IMG/VR virus record: IMGVR_UViG_2916199983_000001 | Direction: 5' to 3' (one strand) | Length of the DNA stretch: 64,000 nt | Source of the DNA: a virus | Lineage: Duplodnaviria > Heunggongvirae > Uroviricota > Caudoviricetes | Shown here: piece by piece, positions 1-9,627 of the stretch | How positions within the stretch are numbered: the stretch's first letter is position 1 | Layout: each line of letters starts with the position of its first letter | Notes under the pieces: model-generated | The model's input: only the letters and a program-made list of their open reading frames with translations | The model's database searches: none | What the model was told of the DNA's origin: nothing | Program-made: the position numbers and the translations under genes

Positions 1-1056
1 ATGAGCGAAAACGGCAATAAAAACATAGCGATCGTTGAAGCATTCTCAGAAACAGACAAAAAGACAGGCGAAGTTGTTACGTTAGTTCCTAACACCAACA
101 ACACAGTTCAGCCCGTTGCTCTGATGCGTCTTGGTCTCTTCGTTCCAACGCTGAAATCGACCGCCAGGGGCAGAAAGGGGCAAATGGTCTCTATGGACGC
201 CTCTGCTGAACTCAAACAGCTGTCTCTGGCCAAAGCTGAAGGGTACGAGGACATAAGGATCTCCGGTGTTCGTCTGGATATGGATAACGACTTCAAAACG
301 TGGGTTGGCATCATCCACGCGTTCGCTAAGCACAAGGTTGTTGGCGACACTGTCACGTTACCGTTCGTCGAGTTCGTCAGGCTCTGTGGTATACCAACGG
401 CCAGATCGTCAGCGAAGTTACGTAAGCGCCTGGACAGTTCTCTAACTCGTATCGCCACAAACACGATCTCATTCCGCAGTAAAGGCTCTGATGAGTATTA
501 CGTGACGCACCTTGTGCAGACAGCAAAGTACAGCACCAAGAACGACACGGTCTCTCTGCAGGCTGATCCTAAGATTTTCGAACTCTACCAGTTCGACAAA
601 AAGGTTCTTCTGCAACTCCGGGCAATCAACGAACTCTCCAGAAAAGAATCCGCGCAGGCGCTCTACACCTTCATCGAAAGTTTGCCTCCTGACCCGGCAC
701 CAATCTCGTTGGCTCGCTTACGCGCCAGACTTAACTTAACCAGCCGCACCATCACCCAGAACGCGACAGTCAGGAAGGCGATGGAGCAGCTGCGGGAGAT
801 CGGCTATCTCGATTACACCGAAGTGAAGCGCGGCAGCTCGGTCTACTTCATCATCCACTATAGGCGGCCGAAATTACGCCCAGCACTGCCACCAACTAAA
901 GCTGCGCCTGAAGAACCAGAAGACATCTTGCCTGGTGATGATCAGGAGGACATTATCGATGTTGTTCCTGAAGAAAAAGAGGGTGAGATGGTCATGTTGA
1001 GCAAGGAAGAACTGGCGATTCTCGAAGAGCTGCGCAAGGCAAAGGCTCGCAAATAG
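1..1056 (+). CDS. repA: RepFIB-type plasmid replication initiator RepA (N-terminus may be truncated by the window edge)
   Basis: The translated ORF matches stretches I remember from F/P307 RepFIB RepA ([87 protein letters not shown]). An iteron array lies immediately downstream. Confidence 0.85.
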   Translation: MSENGNKNIAIVEAFSETDKKTGEVVTLVPNTNNTVQPVALMRLGLFVPTLKSTARGRKGQMVSMDASAELKQLSLAKAEGYEDIRISGVRLDMDNDFKTWVGIIHAFAKHKVVGDTVTLPFVEFVRLCGIPTARSSAKLRKRLDSSLTRIATNTISFRSKGSDEYYVTHLVQTAKYSTKNDTVSLQADPKIFELYQFDKKVLLQLRAINELSRKESAQALYTFIESLPPDPAPISLARLRARLNLTSRTITQNATVRKAMEQLREIGYLDYTEVKRGSSVYFIIHYRRPKLRPALPPTKAAPEEPEDILPGDDQEDIIDVVPEEKEGEMVMLSKEELAILEELRKAKARK

Positions 1057-1665
1057 CCCAACCACTGTAGAGAGTAGAAAGGCTCACTATCCGCTGTAGT
1101 GAGCCTTTTGTTTATCTGAAATCCGCTAACCACTGTAGTGAGTAACAACTACCGAATAGTAACCACTGTAGGCAGTAGCGCTCAAATAACGAAATAAATG
1201 TTAGTGGTTACAAACCTAGATGAAACAAGGGCTGCGAGGTTAGTGGTCACTGGGTGACTTGTTAAATCCACTCTCTATAGTGGTTATCGTTGCTCCCTTC
1301 GCTATTGGCTATCCACTGTGGAGAGCAGAACCGGTTGGCTGGATTTACTATCCACTGTGGAGAGCAGAACCGGTTGGCTGGATTTACTATCCACTGTGGA
1401 GAGTAGATATCTGCTGAAAACAGTGAAGGTTTACTCTCCATAGTGGATACCCGCTGGAGAGCGCATTCCATCACTCTCTATAGTGGTTGTTTGCTGCGAA
1501 TGAACGCCTGTTTACTCCCTACAGTGGATAGCGACGTCGATAATCTCCACTTTACTCACTACAGTGGATACCGGATGTCACGGCAGGCGTTTTACTCACT
1601 ACAGTGGTTATGGGCCGGATACGCACGCGGTGAGCTGGCTACTCACCGCAGTGGTTAGGGTTATC
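1057..1665. repeat. iteron array with at least 12 copies of a CCACTGTRG / CYACAGTGG core in both orientations, oriV-like
   Basis: The core recurs at about 1063, 1130, 1167, 1270, 1313, 1352, 1391, 1436, 1478, 1520, 1552, 1592 and 1648. No plausible coding frame crosses the region. The track ORF 1262..1474 lies inside the repeats and is judged spurious. Confidence 0.7.
1311..1404. repeat. 39-bp perfect tandem direct repeat, two copies plus a partial third
   Basis: atccactgtggagagcagaaccggttggctggatttact occupies 1311..1349 and is repeated exactly at 1350..1388. A partial third copy starts at 1389. Confidence 0.9.
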
Positions 1666-1879
1666 AGTGGATTTTCTTCAGCAGACCCCAGAGTGTCCCG
1701 GCCTTCGTCGTGAGCTTACCTGTTTCCGGATCGTACATGCGCCATTCGCGACGCTGGTGGACAATGACACCGTCCTCACGTTCCAGACGTTCCAGCACGC
1801 CAGGTTGCTTAAACCCTTTGGCACGCCAGTAGCCGCTTGTTTTTTCGATTTCCAGACCTGCCAGTGTAACCGCCATCAA
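1664..1879 (-). CDS. hypothetical protein
   Basis: 71-codon ORF. Its start overlaps the stop of the next minus-strand ORF in an ATGA coupling at 1876..1879. Confidence 0.4.
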   Translation of the reverse strand: MMAVTLAGLEIEKTSGYWRAKGFKQPGVLERLEREDGVIVHQRREWRMYDPETGKLTTKAGTLWGLLKKIH

Positions 1880-2211
1880 CCAACCTCCTTGCAGTCATCG
1901 AAAAGATAGCTGGCGTTCTTCGCGTGAACGCCGTAGACATCACCTGATTTGTTGTAAACGAACTTATCTTCACCCACGCCAGACAGTTTGCCGTTACGTT
2001 TGGTGAGATAGGGGGAAGACAGGACGCGATCATCGCGCACAACATAAAACTGTTCGCCGCTGTCCACAACCATCGCGCCGTAGCTGGCTTTGACGACATT
2101 GCGGATCACGTCGTTCTTCACTTCGGCCACTGACATCTCACACTCATAGACGTGCGTGTCCGCGTAGACAGGGAGGGAGAGCAGCGCCAGAGCCAGGGCT
2201 ATTTTCTTCAT
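1876..2211 (-). CDS. hypothetical secreted protein
   Basis: The N-terminus MKKIALALALLSLPVYA looks like a signal peptide. It is co-directional with and coupled to its neighbour. Confidence 0.5.
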   Translation of the reverse strand: MKKIALALALLSLPVYADTHVYECEMSVAEVKNDVIRNVVKASYGAMVVDSGEQFYVVRDDRVLSSPYLTKRNGKLSGVGEDKFVYNKSGDVYGVHAKNASYLFDDCKEVG

Positions 2212-2217
2212 GCCACG

Positions 2218-2388
2218 ACTCCTTTGATAACGCCGAATGCTGAGTCGAATACCAGCACTACGGCCAGCGCATTAACCATCGCGCCATTAACAGGCGCCAG
2301 CGCTTTACGGATTGCTCCGGTGAAGATGCAATCGAGCACAAAAGCTATCGAGACAATAAGTAATAAAGTGTCTAATACAGTTTTCATG
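2218..2388 (-). CDS. small hydrophobic protein (about 56 aa, below the ORF-track threshold)
   Basis: ATG at 2388 on the minus strand. The product is hydrophobic (MKTVLDTLLLIVSIAFVL...). It fills the gap between minus-strand genes. Confidence 0.3.
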
Positions 2389-2427
2389 ATAGGTAGATAC
2401 TAACTTATATATTTTTTGCTGTAAATA

Positions 2428-2703
2428 TCACTCAAAAGTGCTGATGCCTAAGATACGCTCAAGATGAGCCGCGTCTTCATCGCTTACCGGCATCGTGTCG
2501 TCGACGTACCAGCAACTACCGTTGTGCCAACAAACACCGTCATCATCGACATACACAGAATCCGCATCCATGCCTGTGTACTCAACGAGATTGCGCTCAA
2601 TTGCCGCTTGAATTTCTTCATCGTTCAGCCCATCACACTTGACCATGAACAACGGGTAAACGTCATAGTCGGTGCTGGCTGAAATGCGAACCAAAATCTT
2701 CAT
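2428..2703 (-). CDS. hypothetical protein
   Basis: 91-codon ORF. The hairpin-promoter motif sits at 2721..2734 just upstream of its start. Confidence 0.45.
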   Translation of the reverse strand: MKILVRISASTDYDVYPLFMVKCDGLNDEEIQAAIERNLVEYTGMDADSVYVDDDGVCWHNGSCWYVDDTMPVSDEDAAHLERILGISTFE

Positions 2704-2770
2704 GTGTTTCTCCTTGTTGGTAAGTACTTATTTATATTAATGTGCGCCATGCGGCGCACAATCATTGTGT

Positions 2771-3181
2771 TCAGGCTGGAGGAAAGAACTTCTCCAGCGT
2801 GCGGTCTACAGCTTTATCAATGTGCATCAGATGCCAGACGACCATATCTTTGCTTCCCAGACCGCGGGTGTAGATCACGTCGAACTTACGCCAGGCGGCG
2901 TGAAACCAGTGCGGTGTATCATCAACCGGCAGATTCTCTCCAGCCTCCTTGAAGTACTTGAGCAGCATGGCCTGTTCAGCGGTGGGCGTCGGGCCAATCT
3001 CTTCCGCGTACATTCTGATGAAACGCTGCCAGTCGGCTTCATCTTCTGAAGGTTCCGGTGCGTTCATCTCTGCAATCGCCTCACGCAGCTGCGTCGCCCA
3101 TTCTGGCTCCGGGAAGCCCTGGGCAATTTCGGTATCCACTACATCCAGCGCAGCGTTGGCCGCGTCATACAGTTTCTTCAT
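2771..3181 (-). CDS. hypothetical protein
   Basis: 136-codon acidic ORF in the minus-strand operon. Confidence 0.45.
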   Translation of the reverse strand: MKKLYDAANAALDVVDTEIAQGFPEPEWATQLREAIAEMNAPEPSEDEADWQRFIRMYAEEIGPTPTAEQAMLLKYFKEAGENLPVDDTPHWFHAAWRKFDVIYTRGLGSKDMVVWHLMHIDKAVDRTLEKFFPPA

Positions 3182-3536
3182 GCTTTTTCTCCTGCATTAA
3201 AAGGAACACGGTCATTGCCGCTCTGAAAGGGTTAGGGTTCTGGATCAGATGTTGTGGCGTTGAGCTATCCACCTTTCTGTGGGCCGCTCTCCACTCACCG
3301 GGCTGTCTGGCAGGAATTACACCGATTCTGTGTCGGTAAATAATGTCCCACGCATCTTCCGGATCGTTACACCAGTCGAAGGTTCCGGCTCCGTTCGGGC
3401 CGATGGCGACCACTGCTGTGTAATCGCCTTCCTGTGAGCCTTTCCAGCCATATTGTGAAATGAGCGGTCGGTGGCCGGTGGCTTCCGCGACCAGGCAGTT
3501 AATCTCAAAGTCCGTCATCTCGCTGTAATTTTTCAT
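3165..3536 (-). CDS. hypothetical protein
   Basis: ATG at 3536 is preceded by AGAAGGAGATCGGGA, a strong SD. The track ORF extends upstream to 3554 where there is no SD. Confidence 0.5.
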   Translation of the reverse strand: MKNYSEMTDFEINCLVAEATGHRPLISQYGWKGSQEGDYTAVVAIGPNGAGTFDWCNDPEDAWDIIYRHRIGVIPARQPGEWRAAHRKVDSSTPQHLIQNPNPFRAAMTVFLLMQEKKHEETV

Positions 3537-3619
3537 TCCCGATCTCCTTCTCATCCGTTGCCGAACAACTATGTGGCGTTGTCACTTTGTACTTCTACGG
3601 ATGGTAATTCCGTATTAGT

Positions 3620-3634
3620 AACCAATTTGTTTTC
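3620..3634 (-). promoter_or_regulatory. AACCAA-T-TTGTTT leader motif (copy upstream of the 3536 gene)
   Basis: AGAAAACAAATTGGTT in the leader of the minus-strand operon. Confidence 0.35.
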
Positions 3635-3698
3635 TTGTTGGTGATAATACGGAAATAAAAAAGGCGTCCAAGTGGACGCCGTATCTTTGAAAAGGCTG

Positions 3699-4529
3699 TT
3701 ACTTCAACGCGATAAACGGAGTATTAGCCCCTTCAGTCATGTACTGAGGCAACTGGCCATTCCATTTGTTGATGGCTTCCAGCTCCATGACGTTCGGGTT
3801 CTGACGCAATGCTTCACCGCGCAACTTGATGGCATCAGCTTCTGCTTGAGCACGCTTGCGGATAGCGTCGGCTTCACCTTCGGCTTGTTCACGCAGCATG
3901 TTCGCTTCTGCCTTGCGCTGCTCAACTTCCTGCTGGCGCTGGAGCGTTTTCTGGTTCGCGGTCACTTTGGCATTGATAGATTCGATGACAGTGTCCGGGT
4001 AGTCTGGTTTGCCCACCCATGACAGGCTAATAACCTCAATACCTACCGGTGACATTTCTGCCTGAATGTCTTTCAGCGCATTGTCGAGCAGAGACGCCTT
4101 GCCGCCGTCGATGAACGTGTCGGTAGTCATGCGGCTGGCCAGACGGTTCAGTGAGTCCGCAATCTTCTGGCGCAGATCAGTGTCGGTAATGTCATCAACA
4201 CCTTTGCGATAGGTCTGGAATACGGTAGTTACTTTGTCGCGATTAACCAGATATGCCACACCAATTTTGTGGCCGATAGCTGTACCGTCGCTCATCTGGA
4301 ATGTGAACGGCTCATCGTAGGTTTTCATCTGTTTGAAAGTGGGGAAGGTGTACAGCTCGGTATTCAGACCAGTCCACTGACGGCCAACGCCGACAACTTC
4401 ACCGATACCTTTGTCTTCACCCAATTTGTTTACCTTAATGCCAACGTACCCCGGTTCCACGCGATCGCAGCCGGTCAGACCCATTGTGCAAATAGCAGCC
4501 AAAGCCACCGCCAGTAAACCTTTCTTCAT
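3699..4529 (-). CDS. SPFH/band-7 (prohibitin/HflC-like) lipoprotein
   Basis: The lipobox LTGC follows a signal peptide. The body is SPFH-like and is followed by an Ala/Glu/Gln/Arg-rich coiled-coil tail, as in HflK/C and YqiK. Confidence 0.7.
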   Translation of the reverse strand: MKKGLLAVALAAICTMGLTGCDRVEPGYVGIKVNKLGEDKGIGEVVGVGRQWTGLNTELYTFPTFKQMKTYDEPFTFQMSDGTAIGHKIGVAYLVNRDKVTTVFQTYRKGVDDITDTDLRQKIADSLNRLASRMTTDTFIDGGKASLLDNALKDIQAEMSPVGIEVISLSWVGKPDYPDTVIESINAKVTANQKTLQRQQEVEQRKAEANMLREQAEGEADAIRKRAQAEADAIKLRGEALRQNPNVMELEAINKWNGQLPQYMTEGANTPFIALK

Positions 4530-4532
4530 TAC

Positions 4533-4733
4533 TTACTTCTCCTTAGTTTTATTGAGTGAGTTGATATACCTTCGGCCAGCTTTTAACAAGGCAACCGGGA
4601 AGACTACAGCGATGGCAAGTCCGATAAATAAGGCCAGATCGCTTTTAGCTGAGATAAGCGATGGAACCAGTAAACCGTAGATAAAGCAGACTGATATCAC
4701 CGCTGAAACAGCCATGAGATAACCCTTGATCAT
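4533..4733 (-). CDS. small two-TM membrane protein
   Basis: 66 aa with two hydrophobic helices. It sits immediately upstream of, and is co-transcribed with, the SPFH gene. The promoter motif lies at 4766..4784. Confidence 0.45.
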   Translation of the reverse strand: MIKGYLMAVSAVISVCFIYGLLVPSLISAKSDLALFIGLAIAVVFPVALLKAGRRYINSLNKTKEK

Positions 4734-4765
4734 GTGTTTCCTTTTGTCGTTTTGGTGTAGAAATG

Positions 4766-4784
4766 ATAAGTAAGTACTTATATA
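4766..4784 (-). promoter_or_regulatory. recurrent operon-start motif ATAAGTA-ag-TACTTAT (representative copy)
   Basis: gataagtaagtacttatat. See the findings for the other copies. Confidence 0.45.
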
Positions 4785-4823
4785 TTTTCAAGTATAAAAA
4801 GGCGTCCATTGGACGCCTTGTGA

Positions 4824-5900
4824 TTACGCTTCTTCTGTCTCTGCTGGGGACGACTCTTTCGCTCGCCGTTCGTCTATCGCCTGGAGTGCTGCGATGATTT
4901 CCGGGAGTGGCTTCTCGCGGTACATCTCGACGATCTGCGATTTGGTGTATTTCTTATCGCTAATTTCCACACGCCCGCTGGCGTTCTTGGGCAGGTATCC
5001 TTCTTCCAGCATGTACTCAACCAGCGATTCGATGACGTCCAGCCCGCGAGTCGGGTCGAAGTAGAATTTCCATGAGCATTTGCCAAACGGAGGCGCGACT
5101 TTGTTTTTAATGCACTCGGCGCCAACGTCCTGTCCGATCTTCTCTTTGCCATCCTTCATGACGGATGCACCCAGACGGATGCGCACCGACGCGTAGAACT
5201 TCGGAGAGTCGCCACCCGGAGACGTAGTCGGATCGCCAAACATCACACCAATTTTGGTACGCACCTGGTTCAAGAAGATGATGCACGCGTTGTACTTACG
5301 CGCCCAGAGCGCCAGAGTAGGGAAGTTCGCACTCGTCGCGCGCGCCAGCGCCGTGTTGTCGTTCATGTTCAGCTGATCTTTGTCCTTCGCAGTGCCTTCT
5401 GCCATCTTGTCGAACTTCTCAGCCTTCGAGTTCGGAACCATCGACGCCAGAGAGTCGGCAACGATGCAGATAGGGGCTGTTTCCGGGATAAGCTCTTCGT
5501 CGCGCACCAGCTTGAGGATTGTGCCGATCAGCTCGACGGAGTCTTCGAAGGTATCCGGCTGTTTGTAAACCCACTGGCCGTCATCTTCGTCGGCGTTCAA
5601 GCCATTCGCCACCGCAAGACCAACGTCGAAACTGTTTTCGTGGTCAAGGAACACGGCCAGACCATCCTGTTTCTGTGCTGACACCATTGCAGCCGTCGCC
5701 AAAAAGGTTTTACCGGCGCTTGGTGGCCCGAAGACTTCAACGATACGCCCACACGGAAAACCGCCGTCGTAACGTCCGGAAATGGCTTTGTTCAGTGGAG
5801 GGAAACCGGAGTCAATCCAGTGGGAGACCTTCTGGATCTCGTCATTGCTGCCGATTTTCTTTTTCAGCGCCAGTGCCAGTGCGGATTTGCCTTTTGCCAT
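4824..5900 (-). CDS. RecA-family recombinase (RecA/UvsX-like)
   Basis: Walker A GPPSAGKTFLA. The core aligns with E. coli RecA (FLNQVRTKIGVMFGDPTTSPGG, KFYASVRIRLG, KNKVAPPF). Confidence 0.8.
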   Translation of the reverse strand: MAKGKSALALALKKKIGSNDEIQKVSHWIDSGFPPLNKAISGRYDGGFPCGRIVEVFGPPSAGKTFLATAAMVSAQKQDGLAVFLDHENSFDVGLAVANGLNADEDDGQWVYKQPDTFEDSVELIGTILKLVRDEELIPETAPICIVADSLASMVPNSKAEKFDKMAEGTAKDKDQLNMNDNTALARATSANFPTLALWARKYNACIIFLNQVRTKIGVMFGDPTTSPGGDSPKFYASVRIRLGASVMKDGKEKIGQDVGAECIKNKVAPPFGKCSWKFYFDPTRGLDVIESLVEYMLEEGYLPKNASGRVEISDKKYTKSQIVEMYREKPLPEIIAALQAIDERRAKESSPAETEEA

Positions 5901-5902
5901 GA

Positions 5903-6169
5903 TTAGGCTCCTTTTGATTCGTTGATTCGCTTCGAAGCAGCGGCTTCGTCAAACTTGATTGCGTCGTGGTTCAGGTGTTTGGCGACGCGAGCGATGATCT
6001 TCACGACCTGCTCGCTGACCAGCGCGAACTCGCGCTCAGTTGCAGAAATGCCAGCAGCGCCCAGAATGTTCGGCAGCGCCATCACAGCGTGCTCGCCGTG
6101 GCAGAAGACAATCTCTTTAGCCAGCATGGTTGGCGTAGTTGCCCCGCCATTAATGATGGATTTCAGCAT
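5903..6169 (-). CDS. hypothetical protein
   Basis: 88-codon ORF, translationally coupled between the FEN gene and the recA-like gene. Confidence 0.4.
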   Translation of the reverse strand: MLKSIINGGATTPTMLAKEIVFCHGEHAVMALPNILGAAGISATEREFALVSEQVVKIIARVAKHLNHDAIKFDEAAASKRINESKGA

Positions 6170-7164
6170 CAGCAGTACCTCTCAAATGGCAGAACAAACA
6201 CTTCCAGATCTTCCAGAAACGACCGGAAATTCAGCTCGTAACACATCTGTTCGAAGGCATTCATGTCGCGTGCGCCTTTAATCGACTCGATTTCGCTGGG
6301 TGGGAATTTTGTGTCGATAAGGTTCATCAGCATCATGTTGCGCTTAAAGGCTTCGAGCATCCGGCAGCCCGTCTTCTCGTTGAAGGCGTTCTTTGCCAGC
6401 TTGTTGAATGCCGTCTTATAGCGACCCTTATTGATGACAATGGAACCGTCGTTAATGCCGCGTACCATTGCGGCCACGCTTCCCCACTCATGAAGCAGCT
6501 CTTTCGCGCCACCATCACCAATGCCGCCGACGCCTTTGATGTTGTCCGAGTTATCGCCCTGCAACGCTTTCGCTTCCAGAAACGCGCGTGGTGTTGGCAG
6601 ACCTGTCAGCTCTGCGAACTGTTCGAAGTTCACCTGCTTGTGCTTGGCATCTTCACGCAGGCTTACCCAGCTCACATTCTCGCGAACCAACTGGAGCCAG
6701 TCGCCATCGCCCGTCAGCAGGTAGATGTGATCGACGGTCGGCTGCGGAGCCAGGCGAGAGACCAGCATTCCAGCCAGGTCGTCCGCTTCTGCGTCCTTTG
6801 CAATGAGTTGGTTAACGCCCAGCGCGGTCATCATTTTCAAGATGTACGGCTTCTGGATGGCAAAGCCTTCTTTCATCTTCTTCATATCCGGGTCGTCATC
6901 GCGATTCGCTTTGTACTCCGGGTAGAAGTCGCGACGTTTGTCGCTGAATCCATCCCACAAGATCATTGGCCGGGCATGGAGAATTGAGGCGTAACGACGA
7001 ACGTTCTTCACGAAGCCAAAAGCCGCCTGAACTTCCATCTCGCCGTTGTGTAATTTGTCGGATTGCTGGTGGTAATAGCCCAGGCTGTTACCGTCCACAA
7101 AGAGATAATTCACCGGTACACTCCTTCCAAAAAGTAAGGCGTCCGTAGACGCCTTACTGGTCAC
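6169..7164 (-). CDS. flap endonuclease / 5'-3' exonuclease (T5 D15-like)
   Basis: N-terminal LFVDGNSLGY, then LLTGDGDWLQL, then GDNSDNIKGVGGIG, which looks like the helix-3-turn-helix. The layout matches the T5 exonuclease. Confidence 0.8.
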   Translation of the reverse strand: MTSKASTDALLFGRSVPVNYLFVDGNSLGYYHQQSDKLHNGEMEVQAAFGFVKNVRRYASILHARPMILWDGFSDKRRDFYPEYKANRDDDPDMKKMKEGFAIQKPYILKMMTALGVNQLIAKDAEADDLAGMLVSRLAPQPTVDHIYLLTGDGDWLQLVRENVSWVSLREDAKHKQVNFEQFAELTGLPTPRAFLEAKALQGDNSDNIKGVGGIGDGGAKELLHEWGSVAAMVRGINDGSIVINKGRYKTAFNKLAKNAFNEKTGCRMLEAFKRNMMLMNLIDTKFPPSEIESIKGARDMNAFEQMCYELNFRSFLEDLEVFVLPFERYC

Positions 7165-7173
7165 GTTATGGGA

Positions 7174-8202
7174 TTACAGAGCGTCCAGTTCAGCCAGCAG
7201 GTCGTCGAGACCTTCGTCAGCTGGTGCAGATGCAGCGGCAGAAGATGCTGAAGCACTTGCAGCTGCGGCGGCTTCCGGAGCTTTAACTTCTTCCGGTTTA
7301 GTTTCCGGTTTGAACTCAGCTTCAGCGGCACGCAGGATCTCTTCATCAACCAGGCTGGTGGACTCTGGAGCCGGAGTGTGTGCTGTAGCGACAGCAGCTG
7401 CACCTTCCGTATGACCAGTGATAGAGCCAAAGCCTGGCAGTTCAGCAGCGGCTGATTTTGCAGCGGAAGAAATGGCCGGAGACGACATTGTTGCTGCCGG
7501 AGCCGCGATACCAATCAGACGACCCATAGTGCGAGCTGTAGACAGCAGACGGGTTTCGTCAGCCTGGTTCGCGTATGCGATCAGATCGTGTTGAGTAGTC
7601 CATAGCTTCTCAGGAATGTCGCCTTTGTAGACTTTACGTTTCGGGGATACGTCGTACTTGGTGTCACGACCGGAACCGGTACGCTTAATCAGGAACGCAT
7701 AGCCTTCTTCTTTGCTCAGTGGGTTGCCGATATCATCCGCAATATCTTCGGACATCACTTTGCAGATATCGTCGAAGACCGTAGACGGCAGCTCAATCAG
7801 CTGGCATTTCTCTGCATCCGCAAAGTCTTCACGCGCAGACAGAACACCGTTGACCAGATAACGCGGTGTGGCACGCATACTGTTAATGCGCTCTTCCATC
7901 GCTTTATTGCCCTTAAAGCGAGCACGACCTTCCATAACCATCTCACACAGCTGGCAAGCGTGGCCGTGGGTGTGCTGTTCGCAGATGTAGGCGGTGGTTA
8001 CATCTTTGCCTTCCTCATTCTGATGCTTAACGTAGTGCATACCGAAAGTCTGGAAGAACACGCCATTCGGGTCGTCCTTGTTCGGAAAAATGCGCAGATA
8101 GTTATTGCCGTCTTTCAGACGGGTCAAATCAACGTTATTGCCACGTTTAGAAGCAATATCGCCACGGGTCTTGTTAAGCAGATCAAGTAATGACTTAGAC
8201 AT
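7174..8202 (-). CDS. ssDNA-binding protein, T4 gp32-like
   Basis: The N-terminal region resembles gp32 (NYLRIFPNKDDPNGVFFQTFGMHYVKH vs gp32 AVIRFLPSK..APFAILVNHGF). It has a His/Cys cluster and an acidic C-terminal tail DDLLAELDAL. Confidence 0.65.
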   Translation of the reverse strand: MSKSLLDLLNKTRGDIASKRGNNVDLTRLKDGNNYLRIFPNKDDPNGVFFQTFGMHYVKHQNEEGKDVTTAYICEQHTHGHACQLCEMVMEGRARFKGNKAMEERINSMRATPRYLVNGVLSAREDFADAEKCQLIELPSTVFDDICKVMSEDIADDIGNPLSKEEGYAFLIKRTGSGRDTKYDVSPKRKVYKGDIPEKLWTTQHDLIAYANQADETRLLSTARTMGRLIGIAAPAATMSSPAISSAAKSAAAELPGFGSITGHTEGAAAVATAHTPAPESTSLVDEEILRAAEAEFKPETKPEEVKAPEAAAAASASASSAAASAPADEGLDDLLAELDAL

Positions 8203-8321
8203 GTATTTCTCCTTGTTGTGATTGTGGCCATTGGCGCTATGCGCGTTGGGCGTTCGTTTATTCGTGGCTCTTTCGAGCGAGAAGAATGATAGATCAGTAC
8301 TTACTTACGATCTAGCATAAA

Positions 8322-8753
8322 TTAACGGGGAGAGTGGAAACGTTCGGCGCCCAAACGTTCAATCTCCACGATAGCCATTTTGGACGCCTGGACAATCATG
8401 TCGCGGCGGTGAGAGAAGGCGGCTACAGCGTGCTTGTACAGATCTGCAATGTGCCGGGCATCGTCGAGTTTCTGGCGCTTTGCGAGGTATTGCGGGTTGG
8501 TTCTAACCTTCGCCTCCAGTACGGACTCATTAAACTTAATGCCGTTCATACTCAGGTTCTTACGCTCATTGTCGTAGATTTTCGCCTCAATCGCATCGAG
8601 AGAGAGTTTTGCATCTGCGACCTCGCGTTCTGCCCGCGCCAGCTTAGAGCCGTATTCCATCAACAGGCGCGGTTGCTGACGCCAGACTTCTTCAAGATTG
8701 TCGCGGTCGAACTCCAGATCGGACATGATTTTTTCGTAGATATCGGTGCTCAT
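8322..8753 (-). CDS. hypothetical protein
   Basis: Internal ATG at 8753 gives MSTDIYEKIM.... The longer track ORF extends to 8942 and would overlap the plus-strand moron. Confidence 0.45.
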   Translation of the reverse strand: MSTDIYEKIMSDLEFDRDNLEEVWRQQPRLLMEYGSKLARAEREVADAKLSLDAIEAKIYDNERKNLSMNGIKFNESVLEAKVRTNPQYLAKRQKLDDARHIADLYKHAVAAFSHRRDMIVQASKMAIVEIERLGAERFHSPR

Positions 8754-8911
8754 GGTATTAAGTTTCCACTTACATTGATGTGTTAATTTTATCATGAGTA
8801 ATGCAGGGTGTTGCATGTTGGGGCAAAAAATGGAGGTTATACAGATCTCCTGTTTGGTACTATTGTCGCTATACAAAAATGGTGGATACCGTCCCCAAAT
8901 AAGAGGCTCAA

Positions 8912-9586
8912 ATGGCAAAGGACACGAAACCCGGCCGCGCATTAATCAGCGCCATAAAATCCGAATCTGTAGTCGAGCTTGGAAAAGAGTATGTCGAACT
9001 AGGTCTTGATGCCTTGCTTGAATCTAAGGCTCTTGAATCCATCCCCTTCGTGAATACGCTGGTCGGTGTATATAAAACGGCAGGCCATATCCGCGACCAA
9101 ATCTTCACGGATAAATTAGTTCACTTTCTGAACCCTTTGTCGGAGATGACTGAATCTGAGCGTATTGAAATGACTGACCGTCTGAATGATGACGACAAGT
9201 TCGCCGGTAAAGCAGGTGCCAGTCTGATCGAAATAATTGACCGTATGGAAAGTGAGAAAAAACCAGAGTTGGTGGCATCTTTCCTCAAGGCTTTTGCCAG
9301 GGAAGATATTGATTTCAACACTTTGAGACGCTTGCTTTATGCTCTTGAAAGAGTACCTGCCTTCGATATTGAACAATTGGCTGAATTTTGCCTAAGAGGA
9401 GGGTTTAGCTCTAGATCTAATGATGACCCACTCTTGGTAGGTTATGTTAATGCTGGTTTGGCAATAAACAACGGCGCAACTGATGGTGGTTATATTATTC
9501 CGACCAAGTTATGCAAAACTTTCGTTCAGGCTGGGGCGTTAAAAGCGAAAAAACCAGAAAATGACCTTGAACAGTTTTTTCAATAA
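8912..9586 (+). CDS. hypothetical protein (plus-strand moron)
   Basis: 224-codon ORF on the opposite strand to all its neighbours. It is followed by a strong bidirectional terminator. Confidence 0.5.
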   Translation: MAKDTKPGRALISAIKSESVVELGKEYVELGLDALLESKALESIPFVNTLVGVYKTAGHIRDQIFTDKLVHFLNPLSEMTESERIEMTDRLNDDDKFAGKAGASLIEIIDRMESEKKPELVASFLKAFAREDIDFNTLRRLLYALERVPAFDIEQLAEFCLRGGFSSRSNDDPLLVGYVNAGLAINNGATDGGYIIPTKLCKTFVQAGALKAKKPENDLEQFFQ

Positions 9587-9589
9587 ACA

Positions 9590-9617
9590 TTAACGGAGGC
9601 CGCAATGCCTCCGTTAA
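9590..9617. terminator. bidirectional rho-independent terminator
   Basis: TTAACGGAGGC-cgcaat-GCCTCCGTTAA is a perfect 11-bp stem. It sits between the convergent 224-aa gene and the lipoprotein gene. Confidence 0.6.
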
Positions 9618-9627
9618 CTGGTTATTG

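Noticed and set aside
1262-1474. 70-codon minus-strand ORF with internal repeats in the iteron region
   Set aside because: It lies entirely within the tandem iterons. Its repeated peptide only reflects the 39-bp DNA repeat. There are no start signals.
2428-2703. YVDD motifs in the 91-aa protein as a hint of a reverse transcriptase, DGR or retron
   Set aside because: The protein is far too small. Nothing around it is RT-like. No template or variable repeat pair was seen near the fibre genes.
4874-6281. Various 60-130-codon ORFs overlapping the recA-like and FEN genes and the 88-aa gene, e.g. 4874..5152, 5519..5902, 5922..6281
   Set aside because: They sit in alternative frames of well-supported genes, without SD sequences. 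Their Arg/Ser-rich composition is typical of out-of-frame readings.
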